Source: an uncultured Actinomycetota bacterium (GTDB taxonomy: Bacteria; Actinomycetota; Actinomycetes; Propionibacteriales; Nocardioidaceae). Taken from it: 64,000 nt of DNA. The translations under genes and the position numbers were made by a program. Numbering within the stretch: position 1 is the stretch's first letter; each line of letters starts with the position of its first letter. The notes beneath the pieces are model-generated. The model was not told where the DNA came from. It made no database searches and worked only from the letters and a program-made list of their open reading frames with translations. The stretch spans positions 24,330 through 88,329 of the forward strand of contig CAWHZH010000013.1 in the NCBI GenBank assembly GCA_963833775.1, read 5' to 3'. Shown in pieces: positions 35,586 to 45,059 of this stretch.

Positions 35586-36581
35586 TCAACCGTTGGTTGA
35601 GACGTGCAGGGTCGCGTCGAGCTCGATGTGGGCCTTGATGGTCGCCGGCGTCGGGTGGTGCGCAGTATCGAGCGCCGCCTTCGCGCTGTCGATGTCGAAG
35701 TGCTCGGTCACGATCCCGGAGAGGTCGATGCCGCTGTGCGCGAGGAATCTCAGGGTTTCCGGCCACACCCCGGGTGAACCGATCGAGCCGGTGATCCGCA
35801 GCTCCTTGGATTGGATGAGGCCCAGCTTCGCCGGCGCCTCTTGACCCACGTCGATCCCGATGTAGGCGATCCGGCCCTGGAAGCAGACAAGCTCGAGGGC
35901 CTGCGCCATGACCGCCGGCCGTCCCGTGGCTTCCACGACGAGGTCAGCCCCGCGACCGCCGGTGAGCTCCGAAAGCAGGGTCTCGAGGTCCTCGGGTGCG
36001 ACGGCGCTGCCGGCGCCCAGGGACAACGCCGCTGAGCGACGTTGGGTCGAGGGCTCGACCACGACGACCCGGGCACCCATCGCGTGGGCGGCGGCCACCA
36101 CGGCGAGCCCAACGGGTCCGGCGCCGAGCACGACCACCAGATCGCTGGCGTCCACGCCCCCAGCCCGCACGATCGCGTAGTAGGCGACGCTGAAGGGCTC
36201 CACGAGCGCACCCATGGTCCAGCTCAGCTGGTCTGGCAGCCGGTGCAGCCATTCGGGGCGGGCGACGAAGTACTCCGCGGCAGCGCCGCTGATCGAGAAG
36301 CCGAAGTGGTCGTCACCGAGGACGCACTCGCCGACGACCCGGTCGCCGGGCGAGACCGAGGTGACCTTGGCGCCGACGTCCATCACCTCCCCCGACCACT
36401 CGTGGCCCGGAATCAGCGGATATGAGAACGGGATGATGTAGCGCCCCTCGAGCAGGTCGATGTCGGAGTGGCACACGCCAACCGATCGAGCAGCGACCAG
36501 CACCTCGTCGTCCGCGATCCCTGGGATCGGCAGCTCCTCGACGCTGGCGACCCCCTTGTCGGTGTACTGAAGAGCCTTCAC
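35586..36581 (-). CDS. Zn-dependent MDR alcohol/polyol dehydrogenase
   Basis: 'VGVCHSDIDLLEG' and 'PGHEWSGEV' catalytic-zinc motifs, 'VLGAGPVGL' NAD fold, 331 aa. Confidence 0.8.
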   Translation of the reverse strand: MKALQYTDKGVASVEELPIPGIADDEVLVAARSVGVCHSDIDLLEGRYIIPFSYPLIPGHEWSGEVMDVGAKVTSVSPGDRVVGECVLGDDHFGFSISGAAAEYFVARPEWLHRLPDQLSWTMGALVEPFSVAYYAIVRAGGVDASDLVVVLGAGPVGLAVVAAAHAMGARVVVVEPSTQRRSAALSLGAGSAVAPEDLETLLSELTGGRGADLVVEATGRPAVMAQALELVCFQGRIAYIGIDVGQEAPAKLGLIQSKELRITGSIGSPGVWPETLRFLAHSGIDLSGIVTEHFDIDSAKAALDTAHHPTPATIKAHIELDATLHVSTNG

Positions 36582-36608
36582 GTGTGGTGCCTTTCTCGTA
36601 CGTCGTGG

Positions 36609-37667
36609 TCAGCCGGCCCGGACCAGGACCTTGACCTGGTCGCCGGACCGATCGAGGAGCGTCTCGAAGCCGGCTCTCACCACGTCGTCCATCCCGATCT
36701 GGGCGGTGACGACCTTCTCGACGGGGTAACGCCCCGAGGAGATCAGGCCGATGATCCGCGGCCAGTCCGAGACCGGGTAGCACCAGGTGCCCGCGAGGGT
36801 GATGTCGTGCTCCGCGAGCACCATCGGCTCGATCGACGCGGCCTTGGTGTGGAGACCGGTCTGGGAGATCCGTCCCGCCGAGCGCACGGCCGCGATGGCC
36901 GTCTGGAGTGCCCGCTCATTGCCCGAGCACTCGATGACGGCGTCGGCGCCCACCCCCTCGGTCTGGTCCTTCACCCAGGCGGCGACGTCGACGGAGGTCG
37001 GGTCGACGACTTCACCCACCCCGAGACTCAGCGCCAGGTCGCGGCGGACCGGGTTCACCTCGGAGATCAAGACGCGTGCGCCGGCGGCGGCCGAGTAGAG
37101 GGCTGCGAGGGCGCCGATCGGACCGGCCCCCGTCACCAGCACCGTGTCCCCTGGGCTCACGCCGGCCGTGTCGACGCCGTACGCAGCGACGGCACCGGGC
37201 TCGACCAGGGCGCCCTGGAGATCGGACACCTCGTCCGGCAATACGCTGACGTGGCTGGCCGGAACGATGGCGAGCTCCGAGATGCCACCCCAGTCGTAGC
37301 TGAGCCCGACACACGCCATGGACTGGCACAGGTGGTTGAGGCCCCGGCGGCAGTAGTAGCACTGGCCGCAGTAGAGGAGCGGCATCACCGAGACCCTCTG
37401 GCCCACCTTGAGCGAGGTGACCGCGCTACCTGTCTCGACGATCTCTCCGGAGAACTCGTGCCCGAGCACCTGAGGGAGCTGGGAGCCGTTCAGCGCGTGG
37501 GGCTCGGCCGGGATGACGATCGGACCCATGGCGTACTCGTGGAGGTCGGTCCCGCAGATGCCACACCACAGCGGACGCAGCAGGACCTCGCTCGGCCCGG
37601 GGCCGTCGGGCGCCGCCACGTCCTCTACTCGGATGTCCTGGGCTGCGTGGAACACAGCTGCCTTCAT
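36609..37667 (-). CDS. 2,3-butanediol dehydrogenase-like MDR dehydrogenase (BdhA-like)
   Basis: 'WCGICGTDLHEY..GP..IP', 'GHEFSGEIVETG', the structural-Zn motif 'CGQCYYCRRGLNHLC', 'GAGPIG', and the C-terminus 'GFETLLDRSGDQVKVLVRAG', which parallels the Bacillus BdhA tail. Confidence 0.75.
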   Translation of the reverse strand: MKAAVFHAAQDIRVEDVAAPDGPGPSEVLLRPLWCGICGTDLHEYAMGPIVIPAEPHALNGSQLPQVLGHEFSGEIVETGSAVTSLKVGQRVSVMPLLYCGQCYYCRRGLNHLCQSMACVGLSYDWGGISELAIVPASHVSVLPDEVSDLQGALVEPGAVAAYGVDTAGVSPGDTVLVTGAGPIGALAALYSAAAGARVLISEVNPVRRDLALSLGVGEVVDPTSVDVAAWVKDQTEGVGADAVIECSGNERALQTAIAAVRSAGRISQTGLHTKAASIEPMVLAEHDITLAGTWCYPVSDWPRIIGLISSGRYPVEKVVTAQIGMDDVVRAGFETLLDRSGDQVKVLVRAG

Positions 37668-38728
37668 GAGGACGAGCTCCCTTCGATGGTGGGGTCGAAC
37701 AGCACCTTGCCTTCGAGACCGCCGGAGGCAAGCCGCTCGAGCTGGGTTGGCACGTCGTCGAGCGGGCGGACGGAGTCCAGCAACTCGGCCGCGACATCGG
37801 TGGTCGCGAGGATGTCGAGGGCCGGCGCGAGGTCGTCGGCACAGACGTGCGCCAACGTCGTGAGCACCGAGATCTCCTGCATCACGATCGGGTGGAGGTC
37901 GACCTCCTGGGGGGCGCTGGGGATGCCGACCTGGAGCAGCGTGCCAGCTGGTCTCAGCAGCGAGACGGCCTTGTCGAGCTGACCGGGGGCGCCGCTCGCC
38001 TCGATCACCAGGTCGGCGGAACCGCCGAGGATGTCGCGGATGTGGCTCGCTTCGACTCCGGCGTCGACGACCCGGGTGGCTCCGAGTCGCGTGGCGCGCT
38101 CGAGTCGGCTGCCGGGCAGGTCGATGACGGTGAGGTCGACCTCGGCGAGCGCTCGCAGCGCGGTGAGCACGAACGTGCCGATCGCACCCGCTCCGATGAG
38201 GACCACGCGGTCCCCGTCCAGGACGCCGGACCGCCGCGCGGCGTGCAGGCCGACGGCCATGGGTTGCGCGAGCCCCGCGGCGTCGACAGACAGTTCATCG
38301 GGGAGTGGCGAGAGTGCGCTTTCAGGGACAGCCACCAGCTCTGCCATGCCTCCGGCTGTGTTCAGTCCCAGCGTGTAGTACCGACGGCAGACGTTGGTCC
38401 GCCCCTCACGGCAACGGTCGCAGGTGCCGCACGAGACGCCGGCGCCAGAGGCCACGATGCTGCCGACCCGATGCCGACCCCCGCGAGCCTGTCGCAGCAC
38501 CTCACCCACGAACTCGTGCCCCAGGATCATTGGTCCACTGTGACCCGTCACCGGATGAACTCGGTCGACAGGGAAAGTGCGCGGCCCGCTCTTCCACTCG
38601 GTCGCGTCAGTACCGCACATCCCAGAACGCAGGACCCGCAAGAGCACCTCGCCGTCCCGCGGCTCGGGGTCGGGAACCTCGGTGATCCGGACGTCGTGGT
38701 CGCCGTGGTAGACGGCAGCGCGCATCAC
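37664..38728 (-). CDS. Zn-dependent MDR dehydrogenase (butanediol/threonine dehydrogenase-like)
   Basis: GTG start overlapping the upstream stop. 'GMCGTDATEW', 'GHEFVGEV', 'CGTCDRCREGRTNVC', 'GAGAIG'. Its stop overlaps the downstream ATG (ATGA). Confidence 0.8.
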   Translation of the reverse strand: MMRAAVYHGDHDVRITEVPDPEPRDGEVLLRVLRSGMCGTDATEWKSGPRTFPVDRVHPVTGHSGPMILGHEFVGEVLRQARGGRHRVGSIVASGAGVSCGTCDRCREGRTNVCRRYYTLGLNTAGGMAELVAVPESALSPLPDELSVDAAGLAQPMAVGLHAARRSGVLDGDRVVLIGAGAIGTFVLTALRALAEVDLTVIDLPGSRLERATRLGATRVVDAGVEASHIRDILGGSADLVIEASGAPGQLDKAVSLLRPAGTLLQVGIPSAPQEVDLHPIVMQEISVLTTLAHVCADDLAPALDILATTDVAAELLDSVRPLDDVPTQLERLASGGLEGKVLFDPTIEGSSSS

Positions 38729-40128
38729 GCCTCCGAGGGAGCCCGCGCCGCGCTCCCGGCCTTGGTGTTGAGGTGTGACTGGGACTCGCGCAGAGTCGGA
38801 AGGGAGCCACCGACCGTGAAGTAGCGCTGCCCGGCGACCAGCAGCTCCTCAGCGGGGAACTTGGTCACCACCTCGCAGCCATCACTGGTCACCACCATCT
38901 CCTCCTCGATGCGCGCTGCCCCGACGCCGTCGGCCGAGGGCCAGTACGTCTCGATAGCGAAGAACATCCCCTCGCGGAGCTCCTCGGGATGCTCCATCGA
39001 GACAAGGCGGGAGAAGATGGGCTTCTCCCAGATCGACAGGCCGACGCCGTGACCGTACTGCAGGCCGAAGGCCGCTTCTTCGCTCGGGAAACCGAACTCC
39101 TCCGCCTTGGGGAACTCTGCGACCACGTCGGCGGTGGTCGCTCCGGGCCGGACCACCGAGATCGCGCGATCCATGTACTCGCGGGCGCGGACGTACGCGT
39201 CCTGCTGGGCGTGACTGGCGGATCCCACGGCGAAGGTCCGGTAGTAGCACGTGCGGTAGCCCTCGTAGCTGTGGAGGATGTCGAAGAAGGCGGGGTCCCC
39301 CGGGCGGATCAGGCGGTCGGAGTACACGTGGGGGTGAGGCGAGCACCGTTCACCGGAGATCGCATTGACTCCCTCGACGTACTCCGAGCCCAGGTCGTAG
39401 AGCACCTTGGACACCAGCCCGACGGTCTCGTTCTCGCGGACACCGGGCCGAAGGAACTCGTACAGCTCGGAGTACGCCGCGTCGACCATGGAAGCAGCTT
39501 GAGTGAGGAGTGAGATCTCGTCGTCGGTCTTGATCGTGCGCGCCCTGAGGAACACCTGCTGTCCGTCGGCCACCTCGATTCCTGCGTTGCGAAGCGCGAA
39601 CAGCACGGGCAGTTCTGCCACGTCGACGCCCACTGGCTGGTCGAGGACATCAAATTTCTCAAGCTCGCGTTTGATCTTGGCCGCCACTTCGTCGGCGATG
39701 CCGGCGTCGGGGTTGAAGGCGCCTCGGAGGGTCGAGATGCCGGCGCGCGCCCCGGACTCGGCGCGCGCCCGCACCCCGTTCTCAGCCACCGAGCCGGGCT
39801 CGGCGTCTGCCTCCATCCTGGTCGTCCCCAGCCAGGGATTGAAGAGCTCGTGATGGCGGGCCGCTGAGCCGAAGTCCCACACGATCGGGTCCGAGTTGCG
39901 GGTCACCAGCGCGAAGCGGATCAGCTTGTCCATCGCCCAGGTGCCGATGTGGGTCGCCGACATGTAGCGGATGTTGGCGAAGTCGAAGGCCAGGAGCGAC
40001 CCCAAGTCCGAACACTCCAGCTCCGCACGCAGCCGGGCCAGCCGCTCGCTGCGGAGGCGGTCGAAGGAGATGCGGTTCTCCCAGTCGACCGCATTCGTGC
40101 CGAAGGTCGCGGTGCTGTGGGGGCTCAT
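38725..40128 (-). CDS. M24-family (creatinase/prolidase fold) metalloenzyme, non-classical long form
   Basis: 467 aa. An N-terminal creatinase-like domain ('LLAFDFANIRYMSATH') is followed by a pita-bread domain ('KTDDEISLL', 'PGDPAFFDI', 'YGHGVGLSIWE', 'FAIETYW', 'ARIEEEMVVT'). Confidence 0.7.
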   Translation of the reverse strand: MSPHSTATFGTNAVDWENRISFDRLRSERLARLRAELECSDLGSLLAFDFANIRYMSATHIGTWAMDKLIRFALVTRNSDPIVWDFGSAARHHELFNPWLGTTRMEADAEPGSVAENGVRARAESGARAGISTLRGAFNPDAGIADEVAAKIKRELEKFDVLDQPVGVDVAELPVLFALRNAGIEVADGQQVFLRARTIKTDDEISLLTQAASMVDAAYSELYEFLRPGVRENETVGLVSKVLYDLGSEYVEGVNAISGERCSPHPHVYSDRLIRPGDPAFFDILHSYEGYRTCYYRTFAVGSASHAQQDAYVRAREYMDRAISVVRPGATTADVVAEFPKAEEFGFPSEEAAFGLQYGHGVGLSIWEKPIFSRLVSMEHPEELREGMFFAIETYWPSADGVGAARIEEEMVVTSDGCEVVTKFPAEELLVAGQRYFTVGGSLPTLRESQSHLNTKAGSAARAPSEA

Positions 40129-40200
40129 CGGTGGCCTCTCTGTCGGATGTGCTGTGTGAAGACGTCTGTGTTGCGGGATGTCGCTGTGATGGCGGCCCGG

Positions 40201-42702
40201 TCAGGCTGTGAGGCCGCCCCGCTTTCCACGGGTGCGAGCGAGGGTGTAGATGACGGCCGCGACCAGGATCAGCAGGCCCTGGAAGTAGAACTGGGACGTC
40301 GAGCCGAGCCCGAGGAAGGTCGTCGCGTTCAACACCTGCTGGAGGAGCAGGGCGCCGAGGAGCGTTCCGATGAACGTGCCTCTGCCACCCAGGAGACTCG
40401 TGCCTCCCAGCACGACCGCGGTGACGCTGGTCAGGGTGAATCCTTGCCCTTGCGAGGGGTCACCGATTCCGTACTGACCCATCAGGACGACGGCGCCGAG
40501 GAACGCGAAGAGAGACGAGCCGACGTACGCGAGAACGATCGTCCGGGTCACCGGGATGCCGATGCGCCGCGCGGACTCCTCGTCCGAGCCCACCGCCCGG
40601 AGCCGCCAGCCCCACGGGCGCCAGCGCAGGCCGAACTCCATGAGGACCGCGATCACCACCAAGGCGATGAACACGGCGGGGATTGCGCCGTACACGTAGT
40701 TGATGTTGTTCTGGAAGGTCGTCGAGATGAAACCGCCCTGGGTGGGCCGGAGCAGGAACGCGAATCCACCGAGTGCGATGTACAGGGTCAAGGTCGCCGC
40801 GATCGGCGTGAACTTGAGGAACCTGATGAGACACCCGTTGACCACCCCCACCGCGACCGCCACGGCCACCATCAGCACGAGGCCGGTGATCAGATGCCCG
40901 GCCGTCGTCCCGTCGTTGGCGTAGAACGATGAGACGACCACGAGGAAGCCAGCCAGTGGACCGACCGAAAGGTCGATCCCACCGGTGAGGAGCGCGATGT
41001 TCTGGCCCAGGGCGATGAACCCGATCGCCGTCGCGGCCGCGAGCGTCGTGTAGATGTTGAAGTCGGAGAGGTAACGGTCGTTGCCAGGGTTGATGTAGGC
41101 GGCCAGGCCGAGCATCACCAGGACCAGCAGGACCGAAGGCGTGTAGTCGCCCTGGATGAACCGGCGCACCCACGAGCTCGATGCCCGCCGTCGAGCGGCC
41201 ACCTGCACGGTCTCCGCAGTCGAGGTGACGGCGTTCGAGACGATCAGCTCCTCGGTCACATCATCGCCGGTCAAGGTCGCCACGACCTGACCCCGCGACA
41301 TCACCAGGACTCTGTCGCACAGACCCTCGAGCTCTTTGGAGTCCGACGACGAGATGATCACCGGGACTCCGCCTTCAGAGGCGGTGCGCAGGATCCCGTA
41401 GATCTCGGCACGCGCGCCGACGTCGACGCCTTGGGTCGGTTCGTCGGCGATCAGCACCGCAGGCTCGGACAGCAGAGCCCGAGAGATGACGACTTTCTGC
41501 TGGTTTCCGCCGGACAGCGACGTCACGTTGGCATCGAGGGACGGCGCCCTGACCGACAGCGCCTGAAGAGAGGTGCGGACGCGGTCGACTTCGACACGGC
41601 GACTGAGGAGAGGTCCGCGACGGAAACGCCGCAAGGAGGAGACCGCTGCGTTCTCGCGCACCGACAGGCTGCCCAGCAGCCCCTCAGAGATCCGGTCCGA
41701 GGGCATGTAGGCAGTTCTGTGGAGCAGCTCGCTACCCCTCAGCGTGCGTCCGTCGACCGCGACGGACCCCGAGAACGACTCGAGTCCTGCGAGTGCCCGG
41801 AGAAGCTCGCTCTGCCCGTTGCCGACCACGCCGGCAAGTCCAACGATCTCGCCGCGCTCAGCCGAAAAGGACACCGATGAGAAGCCAGGCCCGGAGAGAT
41901 CGTCGACAACGAAGTTCACCTCGTCGTCCGCCAGAGCGTGTTTGGGCGGGAAGGTGGACTCCAGCGTGCGACCCACGATGAGGGCCAGGAGCTCGGAGTC
42001 GGTGATGTCATCGACCCGGGAGGTACCCCTGACGCGCCCGTCTCGAAGGACCGTGACGCGGTCTGCGATCTCGCGTACCTCTGCGAGGCGGTGGGTGATG
42101 TATACAACGGAAGTGCCGGCCGCCACGAACTCGCGCACCCGGCCGAAGAGGAGGTCGACCGCGTCGCCTCCGAGTGGCGCGGTGGGTTCGTCGAGGATGA
42201 GGAGCCGCGGGCGAACAGCGAATGCCTTGGCAATCTCGAGCAGGTGCTTCTCCGCGAGGGTCAGGGACTCGACGCGTTCGCTGAGGTGCACGCGGAGGCC
42301 AACGCTGTCGAGGAGCTCGCGGGCCACCTTGCTGGTCGACTGACCGCGGAAGGTGGATCGCGGCAGTGCGACCTGGAGGTTCTCCAGGACCGTCATGTCG
42401 GGGAGGAGGGCCGGGTGTTGATGGACGATCGCGATGCCGAAGTCCGCCGCCGAACGGGGTGTCAGCCCGGTCACCTCGTCGCCTCGGACCAGGATGGTTC
42501 CGGCGTCCGGTTGGACCGTCCCGGACGCCACGTTCATCAGAGTCGACTTGCCGGCGCCATTCTCCCCGAGGATCGCGTGGACCTCTCCTGGCAACACTTC
42601 GACGGACACCTCGCTCAAGGCGGGTGCGCCGGAGTACGACTTCGAGATGCCGGAGAGCTCGATCGTCGCCTGCTTGGTGGGGGCGATGTCGCTGTCGATC
42701 AC
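40201..42702 (-). CDS. Fused sugar-type (CUT2) ABC transporter: tandem ATPase domains plus a C-terminal RbsC-like permease domain (833 aa)
   Basis: GTG start. NBD1 has GENGAGKST / LILDEP and NBD2 has LSGGNQQK / LIADEP. An uninterrupted reading frame then continues into about 330 aa with at least 8 hydrophobic helices ('GQNIALLTGGIDLSVGPLAG', 'VVLGGTSLLGGRGTFIGT'). Confidence 0.8.
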   Translation of the reverse strand: MIDSDIAPTKQATIELSGISKSYSGAPALSEVSVEVLPGEVHAILGENGAGKSTLMNVASGTVQPDAGTILVRGDEVTGLTPRSAADFGIAIVHQHPALLPDMTVLENLQVALPRSTFRGQSTSKVARELLDSVGLRVHLSERVESLTLAEKHLLEIAKAFAVRPRLLILDEPTAPLGGDAVDLLFGRVREFVAAGTSVVYITHRLAEVREIADRVTVLRDGRVRGTSRVDDITDSELLALIVGRTLESTFPPKHALADDEVNFVVDDLSGPGFSSVSFSAERGEIVGLAGVVGNGQSELLRALAGLESFSGSVAVDGRTLRGSELLHRTAYMPSDRISEGLLGSLSVRENAAVSSLRRFRRGPLLSRRVEVDRVRTSLQALSVRAPSLDANVTSLSGGNQQKVVISRALLSEPAVLIADEPTQGVDVGARAEIYGILRTASEGGVPVIISSSDSKELEGLCDRVLVMSRGQVVATLTGDDVTEELIVSNAVTSTAETVQVAARRRASSSWVRRFIQGDYTPSVLLVLVMLGLAAYINPGNDRYLSDFNIYTTLAAATAIGFIALGQNIALLTGGIDLSVGPLAGFLVVVSSFYANDGTTAGHLITGLVLMVAVAVAVGVVNGCLIRFLKFTPIAATLTLYIALGGFAFLLRPTQGGFISTTFQNNINYVYGAIPAVFIALVVIAVLMEFGLRWRPWGWRLRAVGSDEESARRIGIPVTRTIVLAYVGSSLFAFLGAVVLMGQYGIGDPSQGQGFTLTSVTAVVLGGTSLLGGRGTFIGTLLGALLLQQVLNATTFLGLGSTSQFYFQGLLILVAAVIYTLARTRGKRGGLTA

Positions 42703-42726
42703 TGGCCTCTGTGTCTCTCTGGTGGC

Positions 42727-42765
42727 GGGCTCGGGGCCGGCGAAGGAGTAGCCGGCCCCGAGCCC
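42727..42765 (-). other. Intercistronic stem-loop: perfect 15-bp GC-rich stem, 9-nt loop
   Basis: GGGCTCGGGGCCGGC-gaaggagta-GCCGGCCCCGAGCCC. It lies in the 91-nt gap between the substrate-binding-protein gene stop (42794) and the ATPase-permease start (42702). Confidence 0.55.
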
Positions 42766-42793
42766 TCGGATGGGCAGGGACTCATTTCTGCCT

Positions 42794-43909
42794 CTAGTTG
42801 CTGAGCTTGGCCTGCTCCGCGCCCGGCATCTGTGCAGAGAGGTAGACGTCTCCCGGCAGGTCCGGCTTGCACTGCACCGGGTTCGGCTTGCCGCTCACGG
42901 AGTCCTCGAAGATCGGGCCCTTGAACGACGTGTCGGTGGGGATCTGGCCACCGGTCGCCTTGGCCACCGCCCAGTCAACCGCCAGGCGCACGTTGTCGTT
43001 GCCCGTTGCGACGGTCATCATCTTGAACGGGTGACCCTGGTCCTTCATCTGCTGCCAGAAGCAGGACAGGGAGTTCCCGTCGGAGGTAGCCAGCGCGGGA
43101 ATGTTGCGTCCGCTCTTGGTGAACAGCGGCAGCGAGCTGACCAAGGTAGGGCCGAAGTCAGAGACGATGACGTCGATCTTGGGGTACTTCGCGATGTCTG
43201 CCGTGAGCAGCTGCTGGGTCAGGGTCGGGTCCCAGTTGGTCGGTTGGAACGGAGTCTGGCCGATGAACTTGTAGCTGTCGGGCAGGTTCTTGCGTAGGGC
43301 GTTGTACTCCGTGGTGCTCTGGCTATTCCCGGCAGGGCCGCCGAGGAACAGGATGTTGCCGCCACCAGGCACGTTCTTCTTGATCCAGGCTGCCCAGTTG
43401 TCGCCGTCGTTGGCGAAGTCGTCGCCGATCCACTGGTCGTAGTTGACGCCGGCCTTGCCGCCCGCGTCCACGCGGTAGGGAACGGTCACCACACCGGCCT
43501 TGTACGCCTCGGTGAGGGCTGGCAGCACCGCCTTCCCGGAGTCGGGGAAGACGACCATCGCGTTGACGCCCGAGGAGACCATGCCCTTGATGTCGGAGAT
43601 CGCCTTCTGCGTGTTGCCCTGGCCGTCGGCGTACTCGAAGCCGGTCACACTCGGACATTTCTGGGACTCCTCCTTCCCGGAGGCGGTGGTCACCAGGCGC
43701 CAGCTGTTGCCGCCGAAGCCGTCGAGGAGCGCGAACTTGATCGGCTTGGTGCCGCACCAGGCGGGGGCGCCCTCCACGTGGGTGACTGCGTCGCCAGTGG
43801 ACCCGGTCGCCTGGCTGGTGCCGCCGGCATTACCACCGCAGCCGGCGAGCACCAGCGTGGCCGTCGCGCTCAGTGCTGAGATCACAGCGAGCTTGGTGCG
43901 TGAGTTCAT
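42794..43909 (-). CDS. Sugar/polyol ABC transporter substrate-binding lipoprotein (periplasmic-binding-protein type I)
   Basis: Start at ATG 43909 (MNSRTKLAVISALSATATLVLAGCGG, lipobox LAGC). 'KFALLDGFGGNSW', 'GVNAMVVFPD', 'ILFLGGPAGNS'. Confidence 0.8.
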   Translation of the reverse strand: MNSRTKLAVISALSATATLVLAGCGGNAGGTSQATGSTGDAVTHVEGAPAWCGTKPIKFALLDGFGGNSWRLVTTASGKEESQKCPSVTGFEYADGQGNTQKAISDIKGMVSSGVNAMVVFPDSGKAVLPALTEAYKAGVVTVPYRVDAGGKAGVNYDQWIGDDFANDGDNWAAWIKKNVPGGGNILFLGGPAGNSQSTTEYNALRKNLPDSYKFIGQTPFQPTNWDPTLTQQLLTADIAKYPKIDVIVSDFGPTLVSSLPLFTKSGRNIPALATSDGNSLSCFWQQMKDQGHPFKMMTVATGNDNVRLAVDWAVAKATGGQIPTDTSFKGPIFEDSVSGKPNPVQCKPDLPGDVYLSAQMPGAEQAKLSN

Positions 43910-44000
43910 CCTTGTCTCCTGTTGGTTGGGCGCCACCAGTGGTTGCGCTCTATCGGCCCCGGAGCCGAGGTCTTGTGATGTCGGGCGTGCATGGAGCGGG

Positions 44001-45059
44001 TTACCCAGGTGATGCGGAAACAGCTGGCCGCCGGGTCAGGACCTGGGCGACGGCCTTCCAGTTGACGGTGTAGAGAGAGATGCCGATCGCGAGAGCCGCG
44101 GCCTGGACCAGCGGTGAGATGGCGGGTGAGAAGCCGAGAACGTTGACGAGGGTGACCAGCTGTTCCAGGAAGACAGCCGCGATCACTGTGGGCAGCGGGA
44201 AGCCTCGGCCACCGAGCAACGAGGTCCCGCCGAGCACGACAACGGCGATCGACGGCAACAGGAACTGGTCACCGACGAACGACGTGGGCTGCGCGGTGAT
44301 TCCGCCGATCAGGATGCCGCCGAGGCAGTACAGCAGCTGAGCCCAGACGTAGGCCAGGCCGCGGTGGGACCGAGACCTGATGCCGACCGCACGGCTGGCC
44401 CGCGAGTTGGCGCCGTTGGCCTCGAACCGCCGCCCCGACACGGTGAGCTTCACCAGCACTGACACCACGAGGAGTGCCCCCAGTGCGAAGAAAACCGCAT
44501 GCGGGATCCCCCACGTGGAGTCTCCCCCGATGCGTGCCATGAGGTCCGTCGTGATGCGGGGACGGCCGCCGGACACATGGAGGTTCACGCCATAGAGCAA
44601 GGCATTCATCCCCAGGGTGGCAATGATGGCGTTGAGGCCGAGAAAGCCGATCAGAACGCCGTTCACCACACCTGCGACCAGAGCGAAGGAGATGGCCAGC
44701 AGGATCGCGGGCAGCAGCTTGCCGTCGTTGCCGTCCGGCACGTGGGTCACGGTCACCACCGCCAGCGAGAGAGCTCCAGCCACGGACAGGTCGATGCCAC
44801 CCTGCTGGACCACGAGCATCTGTCCGAGACCGGCGACCGCGAGCACCGAGGCGACCGGGAGCATCCCAGACAGCGACGTGGACGAGACGCTCGCGGAGTC
44901 GAGCACGGCACTGACCACGAAGAGGAGAAGGGTCGCCGTCCCGATGGTCACCAGACCCTTGGACGGGGTCGGTCCGGAGCTCTTCAGCAGGTCACGCTGC
45001 GGCTCTGTGGCACCCTGCACAGTCTCGTTCTCCCGGCTCGGGGGTGTGAGCGTCTTCAC
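44001..45059 (-). CDS. Sugar-type ABC transporter permease (RbsC-like)
   Basis: Multi-TM protein with 'GQMLVVQQGGIDLSVAGALSLA' and 'VVLGGTSLLGGRGFPLPT'. The start is uncertain. GTG 45059 is chosen because codons upstream of it up to ATG 45104 have low GC3. GTG 45020 with a GGGAGAA RBS is also possible. Confidence 0.7.
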   Translation of the reverse strand: MKTLTPPSRENETVQGATEPQRDLLKSSGPTPSKGLVTIGTATLLLFVVSAVLDSASVSSTSLSGMLPVASVLAVAGLGQMLVVQQGGIDLSVAGALSLAVVTVTHVPDGNDGKLLPAILLAISFALVAGVVNGVLIGFLGLNAIIATLGMNALLYGVNLHVSGGRPRITTDLMARIGGDSTWGIPHAVFFALGALLVVSVLVKLTVSGRRFEANGANSRASRAVGIRSRSHRGLAYVWAQLLYCLGGILIGGITAQPTSFVGDQFLLPSIAVVVLGGTSLLGGRGFPLPTVIAAVFLEQLVTLVNVLGFSPAISPLVQAAALAIGISLYTVNWKAVAQVLTRRPAVSASPG

